From Gekko japonicus (lineage: Eukaryota), in NCBI RefSeq assembly GCF_001447785.1, contig NW_015164305.1:1-64000 (forward strand): a DNA stretch of 64,000 nt, read 5' to 3'. The notes below the pieces were generated by a model that did no database searches, was not told the origin of the DNA, and saw only the letters and a list, made by a program, of their open reading frames with translations. A program made the position numbers and the translations under genes. Shown piece by piece: positions 24,125 through 42,100 of the stretch (position 1 is its first letter; each line of letters starts with the position of its first letter).

Positions 24125-24730
24125 ATGGCATCAAAATCATCACTCCTTAAAGTAATCCTCCTAGGAGATGGAGGAGTTGGGAAGAGCTCAATTATGAACA
24201 GATATGTCACAAACAAGTTTGATACTCAGCTGTTCCACACAATAGGTGTAGAGTTCTTGAATAAAGATCTGGAGGTGGATGGACACTTTGTTACAATGCA
24301 GATATGGGACACTGCTGGTCAAGAGCGTTTCAGGAGCTTGCGGACTCCTTTCTACAGAGGCTCTGACTGTTGTCTTCTTACTTTCAGTGTAGATGACTCA
24401 CAAAGCTTCCAAAATCTGGGTAACTGGAAGAAGGAATTTATTTACTATGCAGATGTCAAAGAGCCGGAAACATTTCCTTTTGTGATATTGGGAAACAAAG
24501 TTGATATAAATGACAGGCAAGTATCTATGGAAGAAGCTCTAGTCTGGTGCAGGAACAACGGCAACCATCCCTATTTTGAAACCAGTGCAAAAGATGCCAC
24601 TAATGTTGCAGCAGCTTTTGAAGAAGCTGTTCGAAGAGTTCTTGCCACCGATGATAGATCAGACCATTTGATTCAGACAGATACAATAAATCTTCATCGG
24701 AAGCCCAAGTCTAGTTCATCATGCTGTTGA
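24125..24730 (+). CDS. RAB9A: Ras-related protein Rab-9A (201 aa)
   Basis: GDGGVGKS, WDTAGQERFRSL, GNKVD, ETSAK and a C-terminal CC prenylation motif. Acceptor ttttacag ends at 24091. The ORF-track start at 23990 is intronic. Confidence 0.97.
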   Translation: MASKSSLLKVILLGDGGVGKSSIMNRYVTNKFDTQLFHTIGVEFLNKDLEVDGHFVTMQIWDTAGQERFRSLRTPFYRGSDCCLLTFSVDDSQSFQNLGNWKKEFIYYADVKEPETFPFVILGNKVDINDRQVSMEEALVWCRNNGNHPYFETSAKDATNVAAAFEEAVRRVLATDDRSDHLIQTDTINLHRKPKSSSSCC

Positions 24731-26466
24731 CAACTTAATTTTATTTCTTGGCCATATTGTTCTAACTTAATGGATAATAATAGATTAAATATGATACAAT
24801 GGGTGCCACTCCAATATATTGTAATATTCTACTTCTTTACTGGTAGAGGAGAGCTTCTGTTTAACAAGTGACCTATTTGCTGAGTTAGCAGTGTCTGACA
24901 TCTGAGAAGGTACCACCTCAGAGCTCATTTAATTTAAATGTGTAATTTGCAAAGTAAATAAATTATACTAAAACTTGAAAGTTCTAGAAGCACTACTTGG
25001 AAGGAGGTCTTGTTCTGAAATTGAGATGCAAAAATTAAATTTTTATATGTACATATATATTTTTATGAAATCATCCATGTTTGTGTCACTAAAACTTTTT
25101 CATAAAGTAATAATATTGGGTATTACATATGTGGTCTTGTTTCACTTCTCATCTTTAATGTGATTTTTTTTAGAAACATTCTAAGTTAAAATGAATTTAA
25201 GGGCTTTTGCTGTTTGCCTGGTGTCACTTTACTGCTTGTAGATTTTAAGTTAGGAAATAAACCTGCATACATAGATATTGTCTGAATGTGTATTCCTCCC
25301 CCTTTTTGCTCACAAATACTGACAGTGGTTGAGAAATCTCTTAGCTGTCTGTGTGGAAGGCTGGGTGATTTAAAACAAAAGCTAAGCTGCTGTCCTTTAG
25401 AAGCCCAATTGAAAAGTTCTAGCATTTTGGACAGGAAGAAGCAGTAGTGGTCTTCAACTGCTTACGTGTTAACTGATTACTTCTAAAAAACTGGAGGACA
25501 TGTGTTGGGATTAGGGTTAGAGGGGGCTCATGTAATTGAAATATCAAATGACTGTTGATTGAACTAGAGAGATTAATGATTTCATTAATATCAAAAGGTA
25601 AACTGTATAAGTGGCTTAGTCTGGCACAAACAAGACTAATGCCAAACTGCTTTGAGTTGCCTAAGAATCGTGAGAACCATTTTAATACACTTAATTTGCA
25701 CAAATTTAGGCTGCAGGCCTCTGTGTACTTGCATGGGAGTAGGCCCCATAGACCTATTTCTGAGTAAACATGCCATTTGAATGTTTTGGTAATAGGTGTG
25801 GCTGAAACATTCTGCCTAAATCTGAGGCCCCTTATCTCTCAAGAGTGCTCTGCTTGTATCATCTTTTGCACTCGGAATACATTTTTTAATACCACAAATA
25901 TCACATCCAATCAACACCCTTGTAGTCATGTACTATGCCTGTAGGAGAGACAAAGGCCTGCAGACACAGTGAATATCCAAGAGGCCGCTGCATATATGGG
26001 ATGAGAATGAGATTGAGTCCCATATTCATTCCTCTTTGGAACTTTATCTACAGCTGTGTGTGTTCATGATTTCATATATTTGGTTCCCAAACTCTACATT
26101 TCCCCCTATTTTATTGGAATTTTTGATTTAAAACTCAATGTAAGTTAAATTCTAAGTAAAGGTAATATTGGCCACATGGCAAAACAGAACAGATATCTTC
26201 TGAACTGTAATTTCTTCTAATATTTAAGGTTCTACATATAGTCAATGAGCTGCTGCTATTAGTATATTACTGTTTGTAGCAGTTGGTCTGATGGGAAAAT
26301 TATTCTTCCTGTACTACCATGATTCTCCTGTAAGAATTCAGTTTTTCATTTAGGATATAGTGAGGCAGATTTTTGGGAAGATTCTCTGCCGAGTGCTGAG
26401 TTCTGCAATGAGCTTTTTCAAAATTCCAGTTAATCCTCTACCATTAGATCATGGGAAGATGTTAAC

Positions 26467-28007
26467 TGGGCAAACTTATAGAGAGGGCAGTGACATCACA
26501 GCTACAGGGCTTTCTGGAGGATGCTTCAGTCTTAGATCCCTTTCAGTCCGGTTTTCGCCCGGGTCATGGGACGGAGACGGCACTGGTCGCCCTGACTGAC
26601 GACCTCCGTAGGCATTGCTGTTATTAGATCTGTCGGCCGCTTTTGATACGGTCGACCATCAGCTGCTGGCCCACCGCCTCGCCGACGTGGGGATTCAGGG
26701 GCTCGCCCTTCAATGGCTTGCCTCGTTCCTACAAGGTCAGGGACAAAGGGTGGCGATAGGGGAACAGCAGTCCCGGAGGCATCCTCTTGAGTGTGGGGTG
26801 CCTCGGGGCGGTGCTGTCCCCAATGTTATTTAACATCTATATGCGTCCCCTTGCCCAGATTGCCCGGAGTTTTGGGCTTGGGTGTCATCAATATGCGGAT
26901 GACACCCAGCTTTATCTGATGCTGGGTGGCCGGTCGAAGTCCGACCCAGATGACCTTCATCGGGCATTGCAAGCTGTGGCTGGTTGGCTCAGACTGAGTC
27001 GGCTGAAGTTAAACCCGGCAAAGACAGAGGTCCTGGGCCTAAGCCAGGTTGGTTCGGGGTTGGGGCTTCCTCTCTCGGCCTTCGATGGGGCGCCGTTGGT
27101 GCCGGTGTCGAGGGTTAGGAGTTTGGGAGTGCTCCTGGACTCCTCATCGATGGAGGTCCAGGTGGCAGCCACTGCCAAGTCAGCCTTTTACCATCTCCGG
27201 CTGGCATGGCAGTTGGTTCCTTTCCTCGACCGCGAAGACTTGGCCACAGTGATCCATGCGACGGTCACCTCAAGGTTGGAGTACTGTAACGCTCTCTACA
27301 TGGGGCTGCCTTTGTCACAAATCCGGAAGCTGCAGCTGGTGCAGAATGCGGCGGCCAGGCTGTTGATGGGTCTCACTAGATGGGACCACATCCAGCCTGT
27401 GCTGAAGGCGCTGCACTAGCTGCCTATAGCATACCGGATTCGCTTCAAAGTGCTGGTTCTTATCTATAAAGCGCTTGATGGCCAGGGTCCAGCATACCTA
27501 AGGGACCGCCTTTCCCCATATGTTCCCCGAAGAGCACTACGGTCTGGGGCGCAGCACCTACTGGTGGTTCCAGGCCCCAAGGACATCAAGCAGCCAGGGC
27601 TTTCTCGGCGGCGGCTCCTGTCTGGTGGAACAAGCTCCCAGAGGAGATCCGGGCCCCGCGGGGCTTGGCACAGTTCCGCAGGGCCTGTAAGACGGAACTC
27701 TTCCGCCAGGCCTTTGCATAGGAGCCGCCGCCGCCATTGTGCCACCACCGAGTTGCCATCTATGACGGTGGATTAGATCTATAAGTGAACCGGCCCTGGG
27801 AAGACGCCCAGGTGACCAAGAACCTATGTTGCCAGGCTAGGTGATAAAGGGATCCCATCTTGGAGAGATAAGTTAATATCTAGAGCACCGCACTTAATTT
27901 ATTGATTGTTTATACTGTTTTAACTGTTTGTTATGGCATTTGCCGCTGTTGGAAGCCACCCTGAGCCCATCTAGGAAGGGCGGGATACAAATTAAATAAA
28001 TAAATAA
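26467..28007 (+). mobile_element. L2 LINE, RT region to 3' tail (frameshifted)
   Basis: DPFQSGFRPGHGTETAL, LLDLSAAFDTVDH, YADDTQLY, LNPAKTE and LQLVQNAAAR. Tail gggcgggatacaaat(taaa)n. CpG-rich, so relatively young. Confidence 0.92.
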
Positions 28008-29864
28008 CTTCCATTTTCCTAATTACTGAGGATGGTGGAGAGAAGGTAGAGAATTTGCTGGTTGGGAAAAATGTATTTCCATGACCTACACATCATACTG
28101 TAGAAGGTTCATTGTTGGTGTTAATCAAATGACAGACTCACCTATAAAAGTGTCCTAGGATATTCAAGTAAAGGTTAGCTTCCCTAATGCATGTGTATTC
28201 CTCTAAGGGATTTATTGGAAAATAGCATGTGTAGGAGATAGCATTATCAAGACCCATTTCTGGTTCTGTTCCTTGAAGCGGATCAGATATATCTGCATAT
28301 ATGGGAAACAAATAGTTCTTATTCCAGTATTCCTATATTTCTGTTAATTTTCACACTGTTGGGAATATCCAAGTCCAATGCAGCCACTGGCATTTCCTCT
28401 TATGGAAGAACACGTCCTATCTTGTACTATGTGCATTTTTAAAAAATCTGCTCCATCCACCTCACTGAGATTAATCTCTTGTAGAAAACTAAATTTACAA
28501 GGTCAAAATAACTCCCCCCCCCCCATTTCCTTTCTTGGCTGGTCAGAGGCATCTAACAAACTTTTCTGTACAGTAACTTAAAGCAGTCACCCTATGCCCA
28601 GTAAACTACACCTTTTTATTGAAGGTAAACTGAGAGACTTCAGTATACCGAAGTCACGCTATAACATTTTTATTTGGGAATGTCAATGTAACCTCCTTAC
28701 AACAAATGCATGTTTTGTCATTCTGACCAATGTGTTTATACAATGAAATACCACAGCTTAAAAGAGAGAATGAAGTACTGTTGAACTGAAGAACATGCTT
28801 AAGTTCTACATAAACAGTATAAACAGTTTCTTTAATGTACTGTTTTAGCCAAATTCTGCTTAGCTATTTTGGCCTTTCTTTAGTCTTTGCAGTTACAGCC
28901 TTGCCTCCACTGCCTTCACAGGCAGAAAGATTTTCACCTATGGAATGTATTTCCCCCCTGTCTTTCAGAGGACATTTTGGGCTGTAGCAGGGTAGAGGCA
29001 GGTGTCAGATTTGCAAGCAGCAATCCTTCTGTCTATGGAAATTCTGATGGATACAAGCCTAAGGCTGTTTATGATGCCTCAAAGCAGTGAGATGACTGTA
29101 TTTAGAACTGCACCCTTAGCCTCAACCATACTAGAAATCAATGGAGTCTGCAAATATTTAACTCACTTGTTATCGTGACCATGTTACGTCTTAGACTTGG
29201 CATAGTGAAAGAAAATTGACTTTGAGGTTAAATTAAGCAGCTCTAGAGTTTAAAGGTAACCTAAGCACATTACTACATAAAGGTATTTTCATACACAAGG
29301 CTTAAAAGGATACCTTATGCTTTCTCTTAATAGCCGTTTGCCCTTCGTGGTAATTATGACATTGGCTTTCAGGCCTGTGTGATGTTACAAGAATTTCTTT
29401 GGAATCAACTGTTTTAACCAACTCGTGAGAGGCTTGTTTCCAAGTTAATAGCTGCATTTTTGTCACACACACACACACACACACCCGTTCCCAAGTAAGG
29501 TTCTGAAACCTAGTTAGTCTTAATACTGACAAATCTCAACTGAAGCCTTAAGGGATAGAATTAGATTTTCTCACAGTAGCACTTCCCAATAACCACAAAA
29601 ATCTCTAAGCTCTGGTTGTAGATAACGAATTTCTAAAGGAGGAAGCTAGCTAGCTATATTAATGTTTTGACAGAAGTACAATATTACACATTTGAATTGA
29701 TTCAGTTACAGTTAATTAGTAATGTCTGAACTCTTGAAGCTGTCTGAATTCTTGAAGCTGTGTTCCTGTTCTCTCAACTTCGCTGTTTTTAAACTTCTTG
29801 AGAATAGCAGGTTGGTCTCCACGTGTTCAGGAAAAAGAGTCAAGCTATGTAGATTTGTTACTGT

Positions 29865-35464
<5,600 letters not shown>

Positions 35465-36514
35465 TTATATAAGTTTCTCTGTTTCTCTTTTGGAACAAGT
35501 AAAATGCCTTTGAGGATAAAGTTTACTCGCTCAAAATGTGTAGTATGAAGATTCTTTAGGTTAAACAATCAACAGCATTAGATAACTCCTGTATATACCA
35601 TAGACACAAGCAACACTCAAATCCAAAATGCATTCCTTTACAAAGAAGGTACTGCCTTCTTCATGAAGTGAGCAGACAGGGCCTTCTTTGGGGATGTTTT
35701 TTCCTTCCTCAGGTGACTATGATGCAACTTGATGGAGATAGCAAAAAATAAAAATCTGCTGTCCTCTTGGCCTGCAGGAGGTGAAAGTAGCATTTTCAAG
35801 GATACCCTTGTTTAAATTTCATCCATGATTTATATTTCAGTGTTTTCAATATCATGATTAACTTGATATCCAGTTATGCTGCTAGTCCAATTGTGACTGT
35901 ATGAGAATGTTTCAGATAAAATAATACTTCATTTTGTTTGCCACAAAACATTTGCAACTTGTATTTTTTCATACCTTTCAGACAGCAAGATGCATGTGCT
36001 AAATTAGCATACAGTGCAGCTGTCTGCAGTTCTTTGTATTGTGCATATTTACAATTTTGATTGTAAAAACTTATGCAATTATTTTTAAATATATATCAAA
36101 TGGCACTATGATATATCCTAGGTTGTTGAAAAAGCAGTGGAATAAGTCTGTTTGATAAAAAAAATAATGCACATATTTTGATTTTCCTTACAATTTCTGG
36201 TGTTCTTTTCTTTATGGATTCAATATTTCTAGAAATTTTACATCTTGGTTCCTACCATATAGACCCTAGATCTATCTTTTTGTATTTCAAGCCTATTATG
36301 TCTTATTTGAGTAAATTTTCACATTACTGATCATGACTATTACAGAGAAACAAGCTTGGAGTGTTGGGGGGACGGGACTGAAAACTTGTGCTCATTCTTT
36401 GTGATATATTGGCCTGTCCAAATGAAAAGGCATTACTTGGCCACTATTAGAAATAAACTATTTTTTGTCCCAAATCTGTTACAGAACAAGCACAACATTT
36501 TTTTAAAAAAAATG

Positions 36515-36735
36515 ATTCAGGTAGGTAGCCGTGTTGGTGTGAAGCAACAGAACAAAATTCAAGTCCAGTGGTACCTTTAAGATCAACAAAGTTTTATTGA
36601 AAGTCTAAGTTTGTGTGCACGCACACTTCAGATACATTCTGAAGAATCTCAAGAAGTGTGCGTGCATATGAAAGCTTATACCTTTAATAAAATATTGTTG
36701 GTCTTAAAGGTGCCACTGGACTTGAATTTTGTTCT
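36515..36735. mobile_element. Penelope-like element inverted terminal hairpin with hammerhead-like core
   Basis: ~80-bp inverted arms (36549-36628 / 36654-36735). CTGAAGA at 36639 and GAAAGCTTA at 36670. Confidence 0.7.
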
Positions 36736-37532
36736 TTAAAAATGATGTCCTCTTAAAAATCACCTGGCTTTAAAGCTAGAAACATTTTAAAGTGTCCTGT
36801 GTTTTTTACTTCAGTTACCATAATTTGATGGACATTCTTGGACAAGAGACGTTGCGGTGTTTCTTCTCAGTTTTGTAGGTTCGTATCATGGGTCAGAGAG
36901 TGTGTGGACTTGGTTCTAAAGCCCTTTGATACTGCTACTCAAAGGGTTAGCTCTGTGTCCTCCACAACATTGCCCTACCTTATTTGTTCCCATAACCTGA
37001 TAGCTAATACCTGCCATCACTTTAATTTCTTCAATTCCACCACGTGCATGTTGAAAGTGAAGGACTTTGCACTGTCTCTTAGCCTCAGACTTCAGAGGAG
37101 AGACAGAGAGACCAGGACACTGACTATCCTTCCCTTTATTCTCTGACGCTATCCCTTTGATGTGCAGATTGCTACTCTTGGGGAATCTTCCTTCTTTCTG
37201 GTCCAGCACCTCTCCACACTGTGCCAGCTTTCTCCATCTTGGCATCGTGAGAGCAGGACAAGCTTCCTGTATTTCTATCCACCCTCGCTAATTAGACTAG
37301 TTGTCAGCGCAGGTGTCTAAAGATGTTCTATTTTTCAAGCGATCGTGCCTTTGCTATAGCTTTTCCAGGAAAACGCCCATTTGGAAGGGATTGTAGTATG
37401 GCAGGGAAAGACAAGGAGAACCACCCCAGTGGAAAGGGCTTCACTTCCCCCCATTAACAGTTGTATCCTCTGCTATTAGGAGGGAACGAAATCCTTCCCA
37501 CCTTCGAACTGAATTGGGGAAAAAGCACTTAC

Positions 37533-37900
37533 CTCGGGGCAAGCAACCCAGAAAGGCCACAACACCCACTCTTTTCCTCGCCTTGGTCCCGCCCCTATAA
37601 CATTCGGCGCGGGTTGATGTCGTCACCACGCCTCGCGAAACACCCAAACAAACCCACGAGGGAGGGGGGAAAGGCACGTGAAAGAGGTAGGAAAGCGAGA
37701 GCTCTCGCGAGAGCTGCGCTCCCGGTGGGCCGTAACAATGGTAACCGGTAACGGCCGTTGGTGCGCTCCTAGGCGGGGCTTCAAAGAGAGCGGTTGGCTG
37801 GGCGGGCGAGAGACGCTGCGGTGTTTCTTCTCAGTTGTGTAGGTTCGTGTCACGGGTCGGAGAGTGTGTGTGGACATGGTTTCTTCTGACTGCCTTTCGG
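37533..37900. promoter_or_regulatory. Bidirectional TRAPPC2(-)/OFD1(+) CpG-island promoter with both non-coding first exons
   Basis: TRAPPC2 donor GAG|GTAAGT (minus strand, exon ends 37533). Candidate OFD1 donor TAG|GTTCGT at 37842/37843. TCTCGCGAGA at 37703, X-box-like GTAACAATGGTAAC at 37732, CACGTG at 37675, GC boxes. Confidence 0.8.
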
Positions 37901-39049
37901 AGCCTCCCCTGCTAGTTGTTCAAAGCAGACCCTGTAAACCTGGAGGAACGGAGAACTCGCTCCCAGGGCTGTGCCTGGCTGTCCCGAAGCACTCTTGGGT
38001 CTCGCTCAGACCGCTCTGGGAAATAGGGAGGGAGGGCGGTTGTGGCGGCTTCTTCTCCACCAGCAACTGGCAGTAGGAGCTCTGGGAGGGCTGCTTGGGG
38101 ATACAGATGACAGCAGCCTAACCTCGCAAATCATTGCCTTGTGCTTGCCACTTCGGGCACTTTATCGTCTTCTAGACCAGGGCTTTTTTTGTGGCCGTAC
38201 TCACTGGTATTGGTGCCTTTTTTTTTAGGGCTGCCTCTGAGGGGTGGGGGGGGGGATTGTTGGACCTTGAATCTGCGTGCTGGTGTCTTTTTGTTTACAA
38301 AAAAAGCAGTATTCTCGGCCAGCCAATACTGAGAGCAGTTCTCTTGTTTTTGCCAATTGTATTATAATTCTTCTTTCATAAATGAAAACCAGCTAAATCT
38401 GTGCTGGTTTACTAGTTAATGCAGGAATTTGAGATCCTCACAATCTCCAGATTTTATTGTTAAAGTTTACATGAAATCTTAGATCATTCGTGGCCTCAGA
38501 AGGATCTCATTGGAGCATCAGGAGTACATCCAGCCCTTATAGAAACAGTACAGCTTTGTGTTTAATTATGATACATGTTTCATTCCTACTCCCTGTCCCT
38601 TTCATTAATTTTTTGTACTTGTCAAGTCACTTTTAAGAATCCTGTACTATAGGATATGCTGCATAGCATTTGCACCTTCAGACTTCTTTGTACTTGTGAG
38701 AACTTGCTTACAGAGAAAACAACGAGATCTCCAGCTCTGTAACAGTTTTGTAGCTTCTCGGTTTTAGATCTGTGTCTTCCCCCTTCCAAAATCAGTGTAT
38801 ATTTTCCTGCTTTTGTAAGTCCAAAATATCGTATTGATGCTAAAACTTAATGTTTTTCTCCCTTTGTCATTTTCTATTTGCTTAATATAATCCTGCTCCC
38901 TAAAAACCACTTAAGACTTTTAATTAAATTCTTAAATTTTGGAAATTAAGATTTGGATGTGCAGTGTGTGGTATGAGAATAAAGTAACCGATAAACTTTT
39001 CTGTTTGAATATATCACTGTAGATTTTTATGTGTGTTTTTTAGATCCTG

Positions 39050-39145
39050 ATGTCTTCACCTGAATTTAAGGTTCTGTCACAAGATGAACTCCGGAAAAGA
39101 CTGTATCAGACGTTTAAGAACCGAGGTGTTTTGGACACGCTGAAG
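39050..39145 (+). CDS. OFD1: OFD1 exon 2 (exon starts 39044)
   Basis: [32 protein letters not shown]. Confidence 0.88.
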
Positions 39146-42100
39146 GTCTTTGATTTAAATTAGATTAAAGCTGGTGAAGCTGATCATCTGTGAAATGAAT
39201 GGGAGCTTACTTTTTACTGTTTAGGTAAAGTTAAAGGTTCCCTTGCTCGAAAGCCAATCTAATCCAACTCTAGGGTTGTGGTGCTCATCTCCGTTTCAAA
39301 GCCGAAGAGCCAGCGCTGTCCGAAGACATTTCCGTGGTCATGTGGCTGGCATGACTAAACACCAAGGCGCACGGAACGCTGTTACCTTCCCACTGAAGTG
39401 GTACCTATTTATCTACTTGCAATTTCTTGCTTTCAAACTGCTAAGTTGGCAGGAGCTGGAACTAGAGACAAGAGCTCACTCCGTCATGTGGCACACTCGA
39501 ATCTCAAACTGCTGAACTACTGACCATCCACAGCCTGCAGTTCATCGTCTTAACCACTTGAGCCACCGCAGCTCCTTACTGTTATAAGGAATTGTTAATA
39601 CAAGCAACAGTGTTAATGAACCTGAGTATATTTTGTGTTTTTAAAAATGCTGAAATGCAGCAAAATGACTTTAGTCTTGATTTTACAAAGTCTAAAATGC
39701 AAATGGCTGTAGAAACCAATGAAGTATAAGGAATTTATTAGCTGCATGTTGAAATCTGTTAATTTGGAAAATGTTGTCCTTTTTAGTATTGCCTTAACTA
39801 GATTTCAAATTGAAAAACTAGAAGCATTTTGGATGACAGATTAAAATGAAACACTGTATACTCTGAATTCTTTTTTCCTTACCAATCTGAAGATGAACAT
39901 AGCCACATTTTAAATTTTGATTCCTGGTAATTTTAAAGAGTGGATGCTAATCCTAACTAATCTTCATTTATTATTTAAAATATTTCTTCTAGTTCTGTCT
40001 GTGTCATCCTTGCTTGCCAAGTATAACAAGGGATCGTGTCCATAAAGTAGAGTTCAATTTTGTTTAGAGAGAGTAAACAGCATATTGTACTACAGTTTGT
40101 TTTTTAATCTTGGTGGAATTCAGAAAGGGAAGTTGGAATGTCCCAGGTGCTTTTTGGAAATAGTAAACAAATTCCTCAGTATGCTTGTAAATGTCTGCCT
40201 TAGGCTTCAGTCTGCTCAGAATCCTGTACCTTAATACATGTCCTGTTTCCATGTTTGCTCAACTGTATAGGGTTTCTAGCTACATTTAGAAGTATCATAG
40301 ATCTTTATTGTAAACATGCTATTAAGTTACATAGAAATCCAGCCTTCCTTTACAGGTATTTCTTGGCCATTTACAGCGTAGTACAATTTTACTTTTGATG
40401 TTACATACATATTTTCAAAGTTTGCTGTTTTTCCTCTTTTGCAGACACAGCTTCGAAACCAGCTCATACATGAGTTAATGAATCCAGTTTTAAGTGGAAA
40501 AATCCAGCTACAAACTGTTCCTAATGATTGCAGCTCGTTGTTAATTAGTGCTTCCAACAGTCTGGTGGCAGATCACCTGCACAGATGTGGATATGAATAT
40601 TCACTATCTGTCTTCTACCCAGAAAGTGGATTAGAAAAGAATAAGGTAAGCACATAACTCTTCTGAAGGATATATCAGGTTATGCTTTGTCTGTATGATA
40701 ATAATAATGATGATGATGGTGGTGGTGGTGAAAATAAATATTGGCTTGAGAAGTCTGTTGAGTTGCTGACAGTAGGAGAGCCCTTTTTGCCAGGAGCAGG
40801 CCCTTAATCAGTCTGTACAGGAACATGACATCACAGGCAAGTACAGGTCAGATATTGGTCTCTGTGTATGCTCACTTTTGCATTGCCTGCTGAAGGTATG
40901 ATGAGCTCACTAAATCACTATAGAACAGAGAATTAGGCATTACAGCAGTGCACTATCACCCATTTCTGCTTGTAGTGAAGGGGGGCACCCAGCAAGAGTT
41001 CTTCTTTGAGATTCAGCCTTACCAGCTGCTGAACATCCACATGTGTGTCTCATATGGAGGTTTGTAATGGGGATATGGGAAACCATTAAAACATGCATCT
41101 TTGGCTGTAGCATGCTACTTTACAATGTGAGGCTTTCTCATCAAGTATGGCATTTCTGTGAGTTGGTTGTGACTTCTCTGGAATCTGAGGTGGGGATGAG
41201 AAACCCCACAAGATCCTATAGGCATATGTGTTTGTAACCCAAAATTAGATGACTTGCAATCCATCGCATTTGTCAGACTTTCTAGTACATTTAGAGGGAT
41301 GTGTGATTCCATACTGTATGAGAAACACTAACTTAAAATCCAGTACTGGGATAAGTTTTATAGAATTAAGATGTGATGGACCAGTGTATGAGAATAGGGC
41401 TCAATAGATGGGTGGGAGGATTCCAGTCAGTTGAAAGGTTTTGGATGGAGAAGCACTGTCCATTGTCCTTTCATCACTTGAATTGTCCCAGTTGTTTGTG
41501 TTGATGTAAATTTTCAAACTGTTTCTGTTTAAAATTTATAGCTGTGAATAAGAGAGTTTTGTTCTTTTGTTTTCTTACAAAGTTGATTGCTATGCAAGAT
41601 CTTCTGCAGCTGATGAGGATCAGTCCAAAGACAGATCTTTACAAAACACTGGTAAATAATCTTATTTTTGAAAATCTTGTCTGTTGTTAAAGATGGGTAA
41701 AAAAATTGATACTTTTTTCTTTTTACAGATTTCAGCCTCTCAAAAGGACAATGCAAGAGGTATGATTTTAATGTACTTAAATTTTTAGAAAAAAGCCCCT
41801 GCCTTTGCAGGCATCAGTCCAAAAACTGTACATGCATACTTGACAATTAAATATGTGGCTGTTTTCACTACAGCATGTCATGCTGTTAGAGTCAAACTAC
41901 TCTTTGAAGAAATGCATTGAAAGTGGTGAGAGGGTGAAATAAAAGGATTGCTTTTGATTATTTATTTGTATGTTCTATAGGACACATTTTTGTTTAGATT
42001 TGTTGAATTTTTTGTAATTAGCAGTTTTTTACTGTTACAAAATAGTATTTATTATTCCAGCTTAATTTTGAAATAACTAATTTGTTGTAGAAGAAATATG

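Noticed and set aside
26615-27776. Functional reverse transcriptase gene (also the CR1 and L1 ORFs)
   Set aside because: 5'-truncated and broken by frameshifts, stops and deletions.
35798-35805. U12 donor-like GTATCCTT on the minus strand in TRAPPC2 intron 1
   Set aside because: The downstream acceptor at 35360 looks U2-type with no U12 branch site, so this is probably chance.
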